From contig JAZSKY010000071.1 of assembly GCA_045535095.1 (NCBI GenBank), positions 2,095-66,094 of the forward strand: a stretch of DNA of 64,000 nucleotides, given 5' to 3'. The notes below the pieces were generated by a model. The model saw only the letters and a list, made by a program, of their open reading frames with translations. It did not search any database and was not told the DNA's origin. This DNA is from Eubacteriales bacterium (lineage in GTDB: Bacteria > Bacillota > Clostridia > Oscillospirales > CAG-272). Below are positions 48,445 to 56,650 of this stretch, piece by piece (within the stretch, counting starts at the first letter, position 1; each line of letters starts with the position of its first letter). Both the position numbers and the translations under genes were made by a program.

Positions 48445-50235
48445 TCAGTCGTTATAAACCGACATCTTCTTATGAGTGATAAGAAGAACTGCAAATCCCA
48501 TAACGAGAAGCGTACCGATAGTGATCATCCAGAAGGTGCCCATTCCACCGGTGGAAGGAAGCACTACGCCCTTGCTGTTGTGAACAACAGTAGAGGTAAG
48601 GTCATATCTGATCTCCTTGTGAATGCCGTCCTCAGTCTGAATGTCTGCAACGTTTCCTTCGGTATCAGCAAATACGGAGAACGCTCTGGTTCCCTTTCCA
48701 ACCTCGAGCGGAACGGGATCTACGATAGCGTTATATCCTGCGGGAGCCTCAACCTCCTTGATGTAGTAGGTGCCTTCCTTAAGACCAAGAATAACGATCT
48801 TACCGTTGATAGGAGTTACTGCGTAGTTGTCCTGAGTTTCGCCGTTAAGGTACTCTGCAAGACCTGCTGCGTATATAGCTCTCGTTGTATCCTTGTTAGC
48901 GCCGCTGATGCCCTCGATAGCGGTGTAAAGGCTATCTACTACGTAAACGCCGTCAACGTCGGTAGGAATGATAAATACGGGAGTGGTGCATGTCTCGTCG
49001 CTGTAAATGCGGAACTTTGCGCCTGCAAGGTTCTTGCCGGTTGCGTAATCGTCCTTGAGAAGTCCGATACCGTAAACGTAGGTTACAACCTCATCGGGAG
49101 TGGTGTAATCGGTCTCGTTTGCGCTCGTCCAGGAAGCGTATGCCTTGTTGAAACGGTTGCCGTGGGTGGTGCTTCCGATAGAAGCGTTAGCCTCAACAAC
49201 TGCATCGTAAGTAATCTCTACCATAGAGGGAGAAGTGAACTTGGATGCTGCGTTTTCGGGGTAGGTAAGCGAGTAGGAAACGTCTTCACCCGATCCCTGA
49301 GTCTTAAGAGTGTGTCCCTCAAGCCACGGAATGGTGATACGGAAGAGGTCTTCGCCAAGGTGTACGAGGTACCACTGTGCGTCGTTTTCGTCACGCTCTG
49401 CTTCAGCAATATCGCTCCAGTCGCCGAGATAGTCCCAGCCATCGGTGTTTTCTCCACCCTGCGAGAGATAGTATCCGTGGGGAAGATACTCGCCGCCTAC
49501 CGAAACCGTGAAGCTTTCGAACTCAACCCAGATAGCGTCGCCCTTTTCATCGTGGATCTGGTAGTACAGGATCTTCTTGTCGCCACTGTAATTGGTAGCC
49601 TCGAAGGAAACCTTGTACTCAACCTTGTCGCCGATGTTTGCGCTGTTGCTGTCGCCCCAGATAGGCTGGTCGTTTTCGTCAACGCCGATCTTGATCTGCT
49701 TGTTGAAATTGTTACCGGGAGCCTGGTTCTTATCGATGATCTCAACGTCGGGGGTGTTGGAGTTGATGGTTACTGCTGCGCCGAGAGAGCTGGTTACGAG
49801 GTAGTATCCGTAAGGAAGATCCTCGAACTTAACCTCTGCGTCGGTTGCTACTACGGGAGCAGCGGCAGCGGTGTAGCTTCCGTCCTTTACAAGCTTCGTG
49901 AGGTAATCAACGAGCTTGGCATCGTCAGCGCCTTCCTTCTTGGAAACCGAGCCGGTATTTTCGTTGTAAACGAAATAGGTGTTCTCGGTCTTTCCGTCAG
50001 CGCCGAAGAGAACTGCAAAGAACTGGCTGTCTTCTGTGATGCTGTAAGATACAGCGTCGGTGTTACCCTCGTCATCTACGCTGATGCTTGCATCGAAGAT
50101 CTTGTAGATAGTGTAGGTCTCGTCAACGGTTGCGTTGGTTATGGTAATAGAACCGGTATTTTCTTCAGCGAAAACAGAGATGCCGAGAGAAAGAACGATT
50201 GCTGCTACCATAACAAGGGATAAAAGTTTTTTCAT
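48445..50235 (-). CDS. Major (backbone) pilin, SpaA-type, LPSTG-anchored
   Basis: 596 aa with a signal peptide. E-box-like YYIKEVEAPAGY. The C-terminus is LPSTGG plus a TM and HKK. Confidence 0.85.
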   Translation of the reverse strand: MKKLLSLVMVAAIVLSLGISVFAEENTGSITITNATVDETYTIYKIFDASISVDDEGNTDAVSYSITEDSQFFAVLFGADGKTENTYFVYNENTGSVSKKEGADDAKLVDYLTKLVKDGSYTAAAAPVVATDAEVKFEDLPYGYYLVTSSLGAAVTINSNTPDVEIIDKNQAPGNNFNKQIKIGVDENDQPIWGDSNSANIGDKVEYKVSFEATNYSGDKKILYYQIHDEKGDAIWVEFESFTVSVGGEYLPHGYYLSQGGENTDGWDYLGDWSDIAEAERDENDAQWYLVHLGEDLFRITIPWLEGHTLKTQGSGEDVSYSLTYPENAASKFTSPSMVEITYDAVVEANASIGSTTHGNRFNKAYASWTSANETDYTTPDEVVTYVYGIGLLKDDYATGKNLAGAKFRIYSDETCTTPVFIIPTDVDGVYVVDSLYTAIEGISGANKDTTRAIYAAGLAEYLNGETQDNYAVTPINGKIVILGLKEGTYYIKEVEAPAGYNAIVDPVPLEVGKGTRAFSVFADTEGNVADIQTEDGIHKEIRYDLTSTVVHNSKGVVLPSTGGMGTFWMITIGTLLVMGFAVLLITHKKMSVYND

Positions 50236-50327
50236 GGTAAAAAATCCTTTCTAAAATAAAATTTTCTTAATTTGTGTGTCGGATCAGTTTGGCGCATAAA
50301 CAGTTTTTACGCCACTTTGCGGAGGCC

Positions 50328-52622
50328 TTACCCCGATGACCTCCTTTCGCGCTTATGCCTCAAGCTGAGTCCGTATATCAGCGGAATTATCATAAACAAA
50401 ATTCCGCAGAATATATAAATCTGATTACCCCTTCCGCCCGTTGCGGGGAGCTCTACTAATTTTCCTGTGTTTTTATTCGTAACCTTCCAGTTTCCGTCCG
50501 ATGCTCCCTTGTACATAAATTTGTCGCTATGAGATGAACCGTATGTATCGTAAAGCAGAAGGTCGGGGTTGTCCGTATAATTCAGGGTTATCCTCATTGA
50601 ATTCTGGGTGTCACCAAAGGTGATATCATAAGGGCGGGGTGCGGCGATCTCACTCAAGGTGTACGTTCCCGGAAGAAGATTTTCAAAGGAAACTCTTCCG
50701 TTTTCGTCCGAGATTATTTCTATTGGTGTAAACGAGTTATCGTTATATTTCGTCAGACTGAACACGGCTCCCTTTATCGCAAAGCCGAAGTCCTCGTCTA
50801 TTTTGGTGAAATGAATATCGTAGAGAAGTCCTCTTACGTACGGGACCTGAAAATTCATACGCAAAGACGTGTTCGGATCGTCAGAAAAATGATAAATAAG
50901 AGTTGCGGATCTGTTCGTCGGATAGACGTGATCGCAGTTTGAAATTGAGCAGGAGGTGTTCAGACACTCAAGACAGCTCTTATCGTTTTTCAGTCTGATC
51001 TTATAAACAAGCTGAGCCGCGTTTCTTTGCCACTCCTCGCCCGAGTCCTCCGACGCGACCAACATCTCCAGATGATTCGGATGCCAGGTCAGCACACCGT
51101 TTTCAAAGGTTGGCAGATCGGTATAGTCGCCTGCGAGAACTCCTACGAACTCGATATTATCGCCCATTGTATCAACAACGCTTTCGAGTACCGTATCTAT
51201 AACCGAGATGCGTTCAAATCCGCTTCCGCCGTTTGAGGTCATCATACTTTCGGTCATCTGAATATATACGGGGTTTGATGCAGAGGTTCCCTGATAGTCC
51301 TTAACGTTCGCAACAACGATTGCCTGAGACGAATCGGGAATCTGAAGCAGTATCTTTCCGTTTTTCATACCCTTATTAGAGTATCTTGTGATTACGCCAC
51401 TTTCAGAGAGCAGCTGGGTCTTACTGTCATTCCAGATCTGTATTACCATATAGAAGCTTGAGCTTGCAGATCCGGTCGGATTTACAAACAGCTGCGAGGG
51501 GTTTCCCTGGCTAAGAGAGGTGATCTCGCCCACCGATCCGTTTGCCGCGGACGCATAGTAGGTTCCGTATTCAAACACCGTATTCCACGAGAGCTTTTTA
51601 TCAATGCTCAGGTACACGAGAAACTCGTTTTCGACAGCGGTCGGAACGACGTTCTTCTGCACGAGCACGTTTTCATTACCGATCTTATGTATCTCCTCGC
51701 GACCAAGATATCCGCCCGAAACGATCTGCCACGAATTCTTATCGGTCGTTGTCAGAAACGAGCCTATAATATCGGTGCTACCGCTACTTTCGAGCATCAC
51801 ATCAACGCTGTCAAGCGAAAGCTCGGGTTGGCGCGAGTCGATATTTACGTATCCGACAATTCTCGGATCGTCTATCGGAAGGATAACCTCGGACACCGCG
51901 TTCTCCCAGTCTCCGCCGACTGCAAGAATCTGCTGTGAGGAGGATGCTGTGACAATTAAAATCTTATCCGCTTTCGTATTTTCGTCGGCATCAAGGAATA
52001 AGATGTTTCCGATCTTACCGACGTTTTCGTCGGGAGACAGGAATATTCCTCTTTCCTCCAGACGCCGAAGCATAACGTACACACCCGAGCTTATCGGAAT
52101 CAATTCACGCGGAATGCCTGCATAATCAAGGCAGAATGCAACGAACATAGCCGACCAGTCTCCATACGGGTTACCGTACCACTGACCGTAGCGCGTAATT
52201 CCCTGCTTTGTAATACCGTCGTCTGCAAGACTGTAATTTCTTTCGCTTTCGGTGTATCCGATCTGCGATCTGGCGATCAGAGCGAGGTTATCCGCCCATC
52301 GCGCGTAATACTGATTTGGCAGGGTTGCCTCCCAGTCCTCCGCCGTCTCCACGTCCGCCTTGGGATCGGAGTAGCAGGAAATGCTGTGAAGATGCTCTAC
52401 CTTTTCGCATATCAGAGTGTCACTCCGGAAGCATTCCTCGCTATGGCGATGCTCGGTATAGCCGCAGGTTGCATCGTTTGCAATCGCAACTCCCGTCCTA
52501 CGCAGATTCCATACGGTTGCAAACGCTATGAGAAGGGACAGTGCCGTAAGTGCGGCTACGATGCGTCGAAAGCGTCTTTTTTCACTATTCAGTTGTACAA
52601 GGTACTGTTCAACGACACCCAT
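50328..52622 (-). CDS. Pilus tip adhesin with an N-terminal Cys/His motif and a CHAP-like module, LPATG-anchored
   Basis: 764 aa. CGYTEHRHSEEC...CEKVEHLHSISC. YGQWYGNPYGDWSAMFVAFCLDYAG. C-terminal GTYTLSEIAAPRPY and LPATGG plus a TM and RHKRERR. Confidence 0.7.
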   Translation of the reverse strand: MGVVEQYLVQLNSEKRRFRRIVAALTALSLLIAFATVWNLRRTGVAIANDATCGYTEHRHSEECFRSDTLICEKVEHLHSISCYSDPKADVETAEDWEATLPNQYYARWADNLALIARSQIGYTESERNYSLADDGITKQGITRYGQWYGNPYGDWSAMFVAFCLDYAGIPRELIPISSGVYVMLRRLEERGIFLSPDENVGKIGNILFLDADENTKADKILIVTASSSQQILAVGGDWENAVSEVILPIDDPRIVGYVNIDSRQPELSLDSVDVMLESSGSTDIIGSFLTTTDKNSWQIVSGGYLGREEIHKIGNENVLVQKNVVPTAVENEFLVYLSIDKKLSWNTVFEYGTYYASAANGSVGEITSLSQGNPSQLFVNPTGSASSSFYMVIQIWNDSKTQLLSESGVITRYSNKGMKNGKILLQIPDSSQAIVVANVKDYQGTSASNPVYIQMTESMMTSNGGSGFERISVIDTVLESVVDTMGDNIEFVGVLAGDYTDLPTFENGVLTWHPNHLEMLVASEDSGEEWQRNAAQLVYKIRLKNDKSCLECLNTSCSISNCDHVYPTNRSATLIYHFSDDPNTSLRMNFQVPYVRGLLYDIHFTKIDEDFGFAIKGAVFSLTKYNDNSFTPIEIISDENGRVSFENLLPGTYTLSEIAAPRPYDITFGDTQNSMRITLNYTDNPDLLLYDTYGSSHSDKFMYKGASDGNWKVTNKNTGKLVELPATGGRGNQIYIFCGILFMIIPLIYGLSLRHKRERRSSG

Positions 52623-52652
52623 AATGCCCTTTCCTTTTAGTGTTTTAAAATC

Positions 52653-53246
52653 CTATGTCTTAAAAACTCCTATGCTCTTAAACGGCCATACTCTGAAAAA
52701 GACCTTTCCGACTATCTGATCCTTCGGAATACAACCGATAAGTGTATTGCGCGAGTCAACAGAGCTTTCGCGCATATCTCCTATTACAAAATACTGCTCG
52801 GGCGGTACCTGATAGGGAAATTCAAGGTCACATTCGCCAAGCGACGCGTTACTGACGTACGGCTCGTCAAGCTTTTCGCCGTTTAAGTAAACGGTGCCGT
52901 CAACGTCTATCTCGATCCAGTCGCCCGGAAGTCCGATAACGCGCTTTATAAGGAGCTTGTTATTCCACGTAAATCCGCAAAGATCTCCGCGTTCAAAACG
53001 CGTTGTCTTTGTGAGAAGAACTATGTCGCCACCCGACAAAGTCGGCTCCATACTCGTTCCCTCTATTTGAAGAACGGGTAAAAGAAGGGTCGCGACAAGC
53101 ACCGCAACTGCGGCAACTACGGTCAAAACGTAGATAGTTCCGCGCAGCGCCTTGTTGTACGCCTTCTGGCGGCGGTACCTTTTTCTCTCGGTTTCGACCT
53201 GCTTTTTAGTGGGGAGCGAGACCTCCCTGTTTTTTCTTTTCAGCAT
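52653..53246 (-). CDS. Type I signal peptidase (pilus-operon associated)
   Basis: 197 aa. EGTSMEPTL (Ser box), LIKRVIGLPGD (Lys box) and GDMRESSVDSR. Confidence 0.9.
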   Translation of the reverse strand: MLKRKNREVSLPTKKQVETERKRYRRQKAYNKALRGTIYVLTVVAAVAVLVATLLLPVLQIEGTSMEPTLSGGDIVLLTKTTRFERGDLCGFTWNNKLLIKRVIGLPGDWIEIDVDGTVYLNGEKLDEPYVSNASLGECDLEFPYQVPPEQYFVIGDMRESSVDSRNTLIGCIPKDQIVGKVFFRVWPFKSIGVFKT

Positions 53247-53252
53247 CTTATC

Positions 53253-53594
53253 TCACCCGTTTTCCGCAAGAGTCTTGGCGTTTTCTACGATCTTTTCAGC
53301 CTCTTCCCTTGCCAGAGCAAGTATTCTTTCCTTTTCGGCATTTGCCTCGTCGAGCATACTTTTTATCTCGCTAAGATACTGATCTGCGGCGCTCTGCGCA
53401 CTTTTGAAGCAGTCGTTGATCTCAAGAACTGCCTCGGCGATATTTCCCGCCTCGCTGATGCGAAGTCGCTTATCTGCAAGCGCGTCCTCAAGGGCGCTTT
53501 TTTCCTCGTTAAGGCTATCCACCTGAAGCTGAAGCTGATATATGATATCTATAAGCTGCGCCCTGCCAAGGCGCCTGAATTCCTTGTCCGTCAT
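53253..53594 (-). CDS. Hypothetical coiled-coil protein
   Basis: 113 aa, heptad-rich (LQLQVDSLNEEKSALEDALADKRL...). It is the first gene after a consensus promoter. I recognise no family. Confidence 0.5.
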   Translation of the reverse strand: MTDKEFRRLGRAQLIDIIYQLQLQVDSLNEEKSALEDALADKRLRISEAGNIAEAVLEINDCFKSAQSAADQYLSEIKSMLDEANAEKERILALAREEAEKIVENAKTLAENG

Positions 53595-53627
53595 ATTACA
53601 AACGTCCTTTCTGCTTTTTATCCTATT

Positions 53628-53656
53628 ATTATATCACCTTCGTCATTTTTTGTCAA
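53628..53656 (-). promoter_or_regulatory. Consensus sigma-A promoter of the pilus operon
   Basis: Minus strand: TTGACA (53656-53651), a 17-nt spacer, then TATAAT (53633-53628). It lies about 34 nt upstream of ATG 53594. Confidence 0.75.
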
Positions 53657-53676
53657 CCAAAATCGAAAAAAGTGAC

Positions 53677-54849
53677 TTAAAATTCCAGGGTATCGACCTT
53701 ATCAAGAAGCATGCCGAGCATTTCCTTGCATCTTGCAATTCTTGCAGGGCTATCCGCCTCGTCGGGGTGACGGAGAGAGCGGCGGAGTATTCTTGTGTAT
53801 CCGATTACCTTTGCCTTCTCGAGCACCGCGCGGCAGAGCTTATCATCCGACGTGCCAAGGTACATTCCAAGCGCGGTATTAAAGAATTTTTCGGACGTTT
53901 CGTGAGTATATCCGAAGAATCTCTCGGTCGTGCTATGATCGTGCTCTGCGTAGCCGATAGCCGCGTTGAACATCGAGCCGATCTCGAAAATGGGGTGTCC
54001 CATACAAAGGGTATCCATATCAATAAGAAGCCCCTCGCCGTTTTGTACCATAACGTTATTTGTGTGATAATCGCCGTGAAGGAGGGTGTTCTGCTTCGGA
54101 ATCGCCTCTATCAGCGCGCGAAGCTTGTCGCCCTGCTCCTTCGGAAGATGGGGAGATACGAATTCTGCCCAACCGAGCGCGATCTCCTTCATATCGGGGA
54201 CCTCTCCGTCCTCGACCTCGACCGCGTGTATGCTACGGAGCATATCAACGTAATATTTTGCCGCCTCGGATATATCGTCCTGATTATCCCTTATAAGCTT
54301 CGTTACACTAACTGCGTTCAAAAGCTCGGTAACGGTGCCGTATCCCTCGTCAACTCTGACGATTCCGTACGGAATTGCGGTATTTATGCCAAGAATGAAG
54401 GCGCGTCTTGCGTTTTCTCTTTCCTGCTTTATCTCAGGGAGGGCGTCCTTTGCGAAATAAATCTTGAGTATGGTTTCGTCGTCATATCTGTAAACCGCTC
54501 CGTTTGCTCCCTTCGCGATAAACTCACAGCCCTCGACGCTCATTTTTCTATACGCCTTTTCGATAGTCAGCATATCGGTAAAGCCTGTCATATCAAAAAC
54601 CTCGTAAACGTCGGGAGCGACGTTTATAATGGCGAGCTTCGGCTCTTCCTTGCGAAGTCTGAGTATCACACGCAGTCCTGCGCTCGACACATATTCAAGC
54701 TTATCGGCATCGAGAACGGTATGCTTTCCGGGATTTTCGCTCTTGATACTGAATATCATTTCCTCTGCCTCGCCGGCATTAGTGGCGTCTATTCTTCCCT
54801 CAAGCGCGATATACAAAATGCTTTTATCTATTCGGTATGTAATATTCAT
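53677..54849 (-). CDS. STAS domain fused to an APH/choline-kinase-type phosphotransferase domain
   Basis: 390 aa. The N-terminal ~100 aa are STAS (LEYVSSAGLRVILRLRK...VYEVFDMTGFTDMLTIE). The remainder is kinase-like (GANGAVYRY..., LLHGDYHTNNVMV, LIDMDT). Confidence 0.8.
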   Translation of the reverse strand: MNITYRIDKSILYIALEGRIDATNAGEAEEMIFSIKSENPGKHTVLDADKLEYVSSAGLRVILRLRKEEPKLAIINVAPDVYEVFDMTGFTDMLTIEKAYRKMSVEGCEFIAKGANGAVYRYDDETILKIYFAKDALPEIKQERENARRAFILGINTAIPYGIVRVDEGYGTVTELLNAVSVTKLIRDNQDDISEAAKYYVDMLRSIHAVEVEDGEVPDMKEIALGWAEFVSPHLPKEQGDKLRALIEAIPKQNTLLHGDYHTNNVMVQNGEGLLIDMDTLCMGHPIFEIGSMFNAAIGYAEHDHSTTERFFGYTHETSEKFFNTALGMYLGTSDDKLCRAVLEKAKVIGYTRILRRSLRHPDEADSPARIARCKEMLGMLLDKVDTLEF

Positions 54850-55418
54850 TATTTGTCTTCCTTTCCAAAAACAAGACCCGTGAGCGTGTTATATTCGATC
54901 CACGCGGACGTATCCGAGAGACGGGAGGTGAGATGCGCAACCGAGCGGTAATACCACGCCTGCTCGGAGGCATCCTTCTGATTGAATCTCTGCCACATCT
55001 TCTCTCCCTCGACCTTGAAATCGCGATAGATAGCGCGCATATTTGCGAGCTTATCGCCAAGCCAAAGGGCTAAAACGTCGGTATCGTCTGTGTTTTTGAG
55101 AATTTCGAGAGTCTCCTCCTTGCGTATTCTCCAAGTTTCCGAGGGATCGATCTCTTCTCTTTTGTTCTCGGTCTCTGCCGCGACAAGCTCTCTTACGCGA
55201 CTGCCGAATTTCTCCTCGATCTCATCAAGAGTGATTCCCGCATCCTCTACAACGTCGTGCAGAGCGGCGGCGGCTATAACTCTCTGATCGCAGGTGATAG
55301 TTCCTACGATAACTGCCGCCTCCATAGGGTGAAGAATATAAGGGGCGTCACTTTTCTTACGTCGCATTCCGTCGTACGCCTTAACCGCAAATACGACTGC
55401 CTCGCTTGCAAGCTCCAT
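54849..55418 (-). CDS. HD-domain protein resembling RelA/SpoT-type (p)ppGpp hydrolases (small alarmone hydrolase-like, HD_4)
   Basis: 189 aa. PYILHPMEAAVIV and AAALHDVVEDAGITLDEIEEKFGSRVRELV. TAATG overlaps at both ends. Confidence 0.7.
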   Translation of the reverse strand: MELASEAVVFAVKAYDGMRRKKSDAPYILHPMEAAVIVGTITCDQRVIAAAALHDVVEDAGITLDEIEEKFGSRVRELVAAETENKREEIDPSETWRIRKEETLEILKNTDDTDVLALWLGDKLANMRAIYRDFKVEGEKMWQRFNQKDASEQAWYYRSVAHLTSRLSDTSAWIEYNTLTGLVFGKEDK

Positions 55419-55708
55419 TACTCGATCACCAGAATATCGGCAAAGCCGGTCATTTCAAATACTTCCATAACAAGCTCGCAAACGTTTGTGAGCTTCATCG
55501 ACGATTTGAGCTTTTTCTGTGCGGAGAGGAGGACGCGGAGTCCTGCGCTCGATACGTATTCAAGTCCTGCGCAGTCGATAGTGAGACTGTCTATGCCGCA
55601 GATATGTGAGTTAATAAAGCCGTCAAGCTCGGGGGACGTAACTGTATCAAGGCGTCCGATAACGCTGACCTTCAGCGCGGACGCGTTCTTTTCAAACTTA
55701 ATTTCCAT
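55418..55708 (-). CDS. STAS-domain anti-sigma-antagonist-like protein
   Basis: 96 aa. LEYVSSAGLRVLLSAQKKL...VMEVFEMTGFADILVIE. Confidence 0.88.
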   Translation of the reverse strand: MEIKFEKNASALKVSVIGRLDTVTSPELDGFINSHICGIDSLTIDCAGLEYVSSAGLRVLLSAQKKLKSSMKLTNVCELVMEVFEMTGFADILVIE

Positions 55709-55719
55709 TATTTTTCTCC

Positions 55720-56319
55720 TTATGCAAACTTTTTAACTATAACGATGCTTACACAGCTTCCCTTTACGCCTACGATAACGTCGTCGGAGGCGGAAGCGAT
55801 CACAGACTTTTCAAGCTCGTCCCATTCTTCTGCCTTTTCGGTGGGGCTTACAGAGCTTCTGTACCGGTCAAGACTCCAGTAGTAGGAGAAGTCCATACCG
55901 CCCGAGAATCCCGATGCCATACGCGCGTGGTCGGTCGATGCGGCAATAGCCTCCATACTCTCGCTATCAAGGAAAAGGTCCTCAACTGCCGAGCGGATCT
56001 TTCCGACGATTCCGACAGCGGCGGCGTTTTTCTTATTCTTTGAAACCTTGATAAGCTCTTCCTTCTTCTCTGCGGTCATCTCGGAGAGCTTTATGGAAAC
56101 ACTCAGAGTGCATACGCCGTTTTCATACTCGAACCACATCTCGCCGTCAAAATCGTCAACGATGCTCGGGAGCATTCCGTCGGTCTCCTCGCAGAGCAGA
56201 CGAAGCTGAAGTGTCTGCTTATGATTTAGTCCGATATACGCCGCAAATCTCTCGCTTTCGTCGAGAATTGCCGCAAGGTCCTTAGTGCCTTTTTCTATTT
56301 TGCATACGTTTGATTTCAT
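55720..56319 (-). CDS. Hypothetical protein inside the partner-switching operon
   Basis: 199 aa, soluble, with an RBS. Its N-terminal ~80 aa loosely resemble the start of RsbW/SpoIIAB-type HATPase proteins (LQLRLLCEETDGML...GVCTLSVSI), but no ATP-binding boxes are visible. Confidence 0.6.
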   Translation of the reverse strand: MKSNVCKIEKGTKDLAAILDESERFAAYIGLNHKQTLQLRLLCEETDGMLPSIVDDFDGEMWFEYENGVCTLSVSIKLSEMTAEKKEELIKVSKNKKNAAAVGIVGKIRSAVEDLFLDSESMEAIAASTDHARMASGFSGGMDFSYYWSLDRYRSSVSPTEKAEEWDELEKSVIASASDDVIVGVKGSCVSIVIVKKFA

Positions 56320-56340
56320 AAAAAGTCTCCCTTTCCCGTC

Positions 56341-56637
56341 TTATTCAATATCGAAAATGTCGGCAAATCCGGTCATTTCAAAAACTTCCATAACCTCTTC
56401 GCAAACGTTTCTAACCTTCATTGAGCCTATCTTCTGCATCTTCTTCTGTGCCGAGAGAAGAACGCGAAGTCCTGCGCTCGATATGTACTCTACACCCTTG
56501 AGATCAAGAATGAGATTTTTGGTGTCGCCTATATCCTCGTTTATCGTTTTATCAAGAGCAGGAGCGGTAACGGTATCGAGTCTGCCTACGATCTCGATGA
56601 TCGTCTCCTGCGCGTTTTTTATTATTTCTATTGTCAT
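56341..56637 (-). CDS. STAS-domain anti-sigma-antagonist-like protein
   Basis: 98 aa. VEYISSAGLRVLLSAQKKM...VMEVFEMTGFADIFDIE. Confidence 0.88.
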   Translation of the reverse strand: MTIEIIKNAQETIIEIVGRLDTVTAPALDKTINEDIGDTKNLILDLKGVEYISSAGLRVLLSAQKKMQKIGSMKVRNVCEEVMEVFEMTGFADIFDIE

Positions 56638-56650
56638 TTTCCTTGTCTCC

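Noticed and set aside
53253-53594. Calling the 113-aa coiled-coil protein DivIVA.
   Set aside because: The only resemblance is a generic heptad pattern. The characteristic DivIVA N-terminal lipid-binding motif is not evident, so the protein is left as hypothetical.
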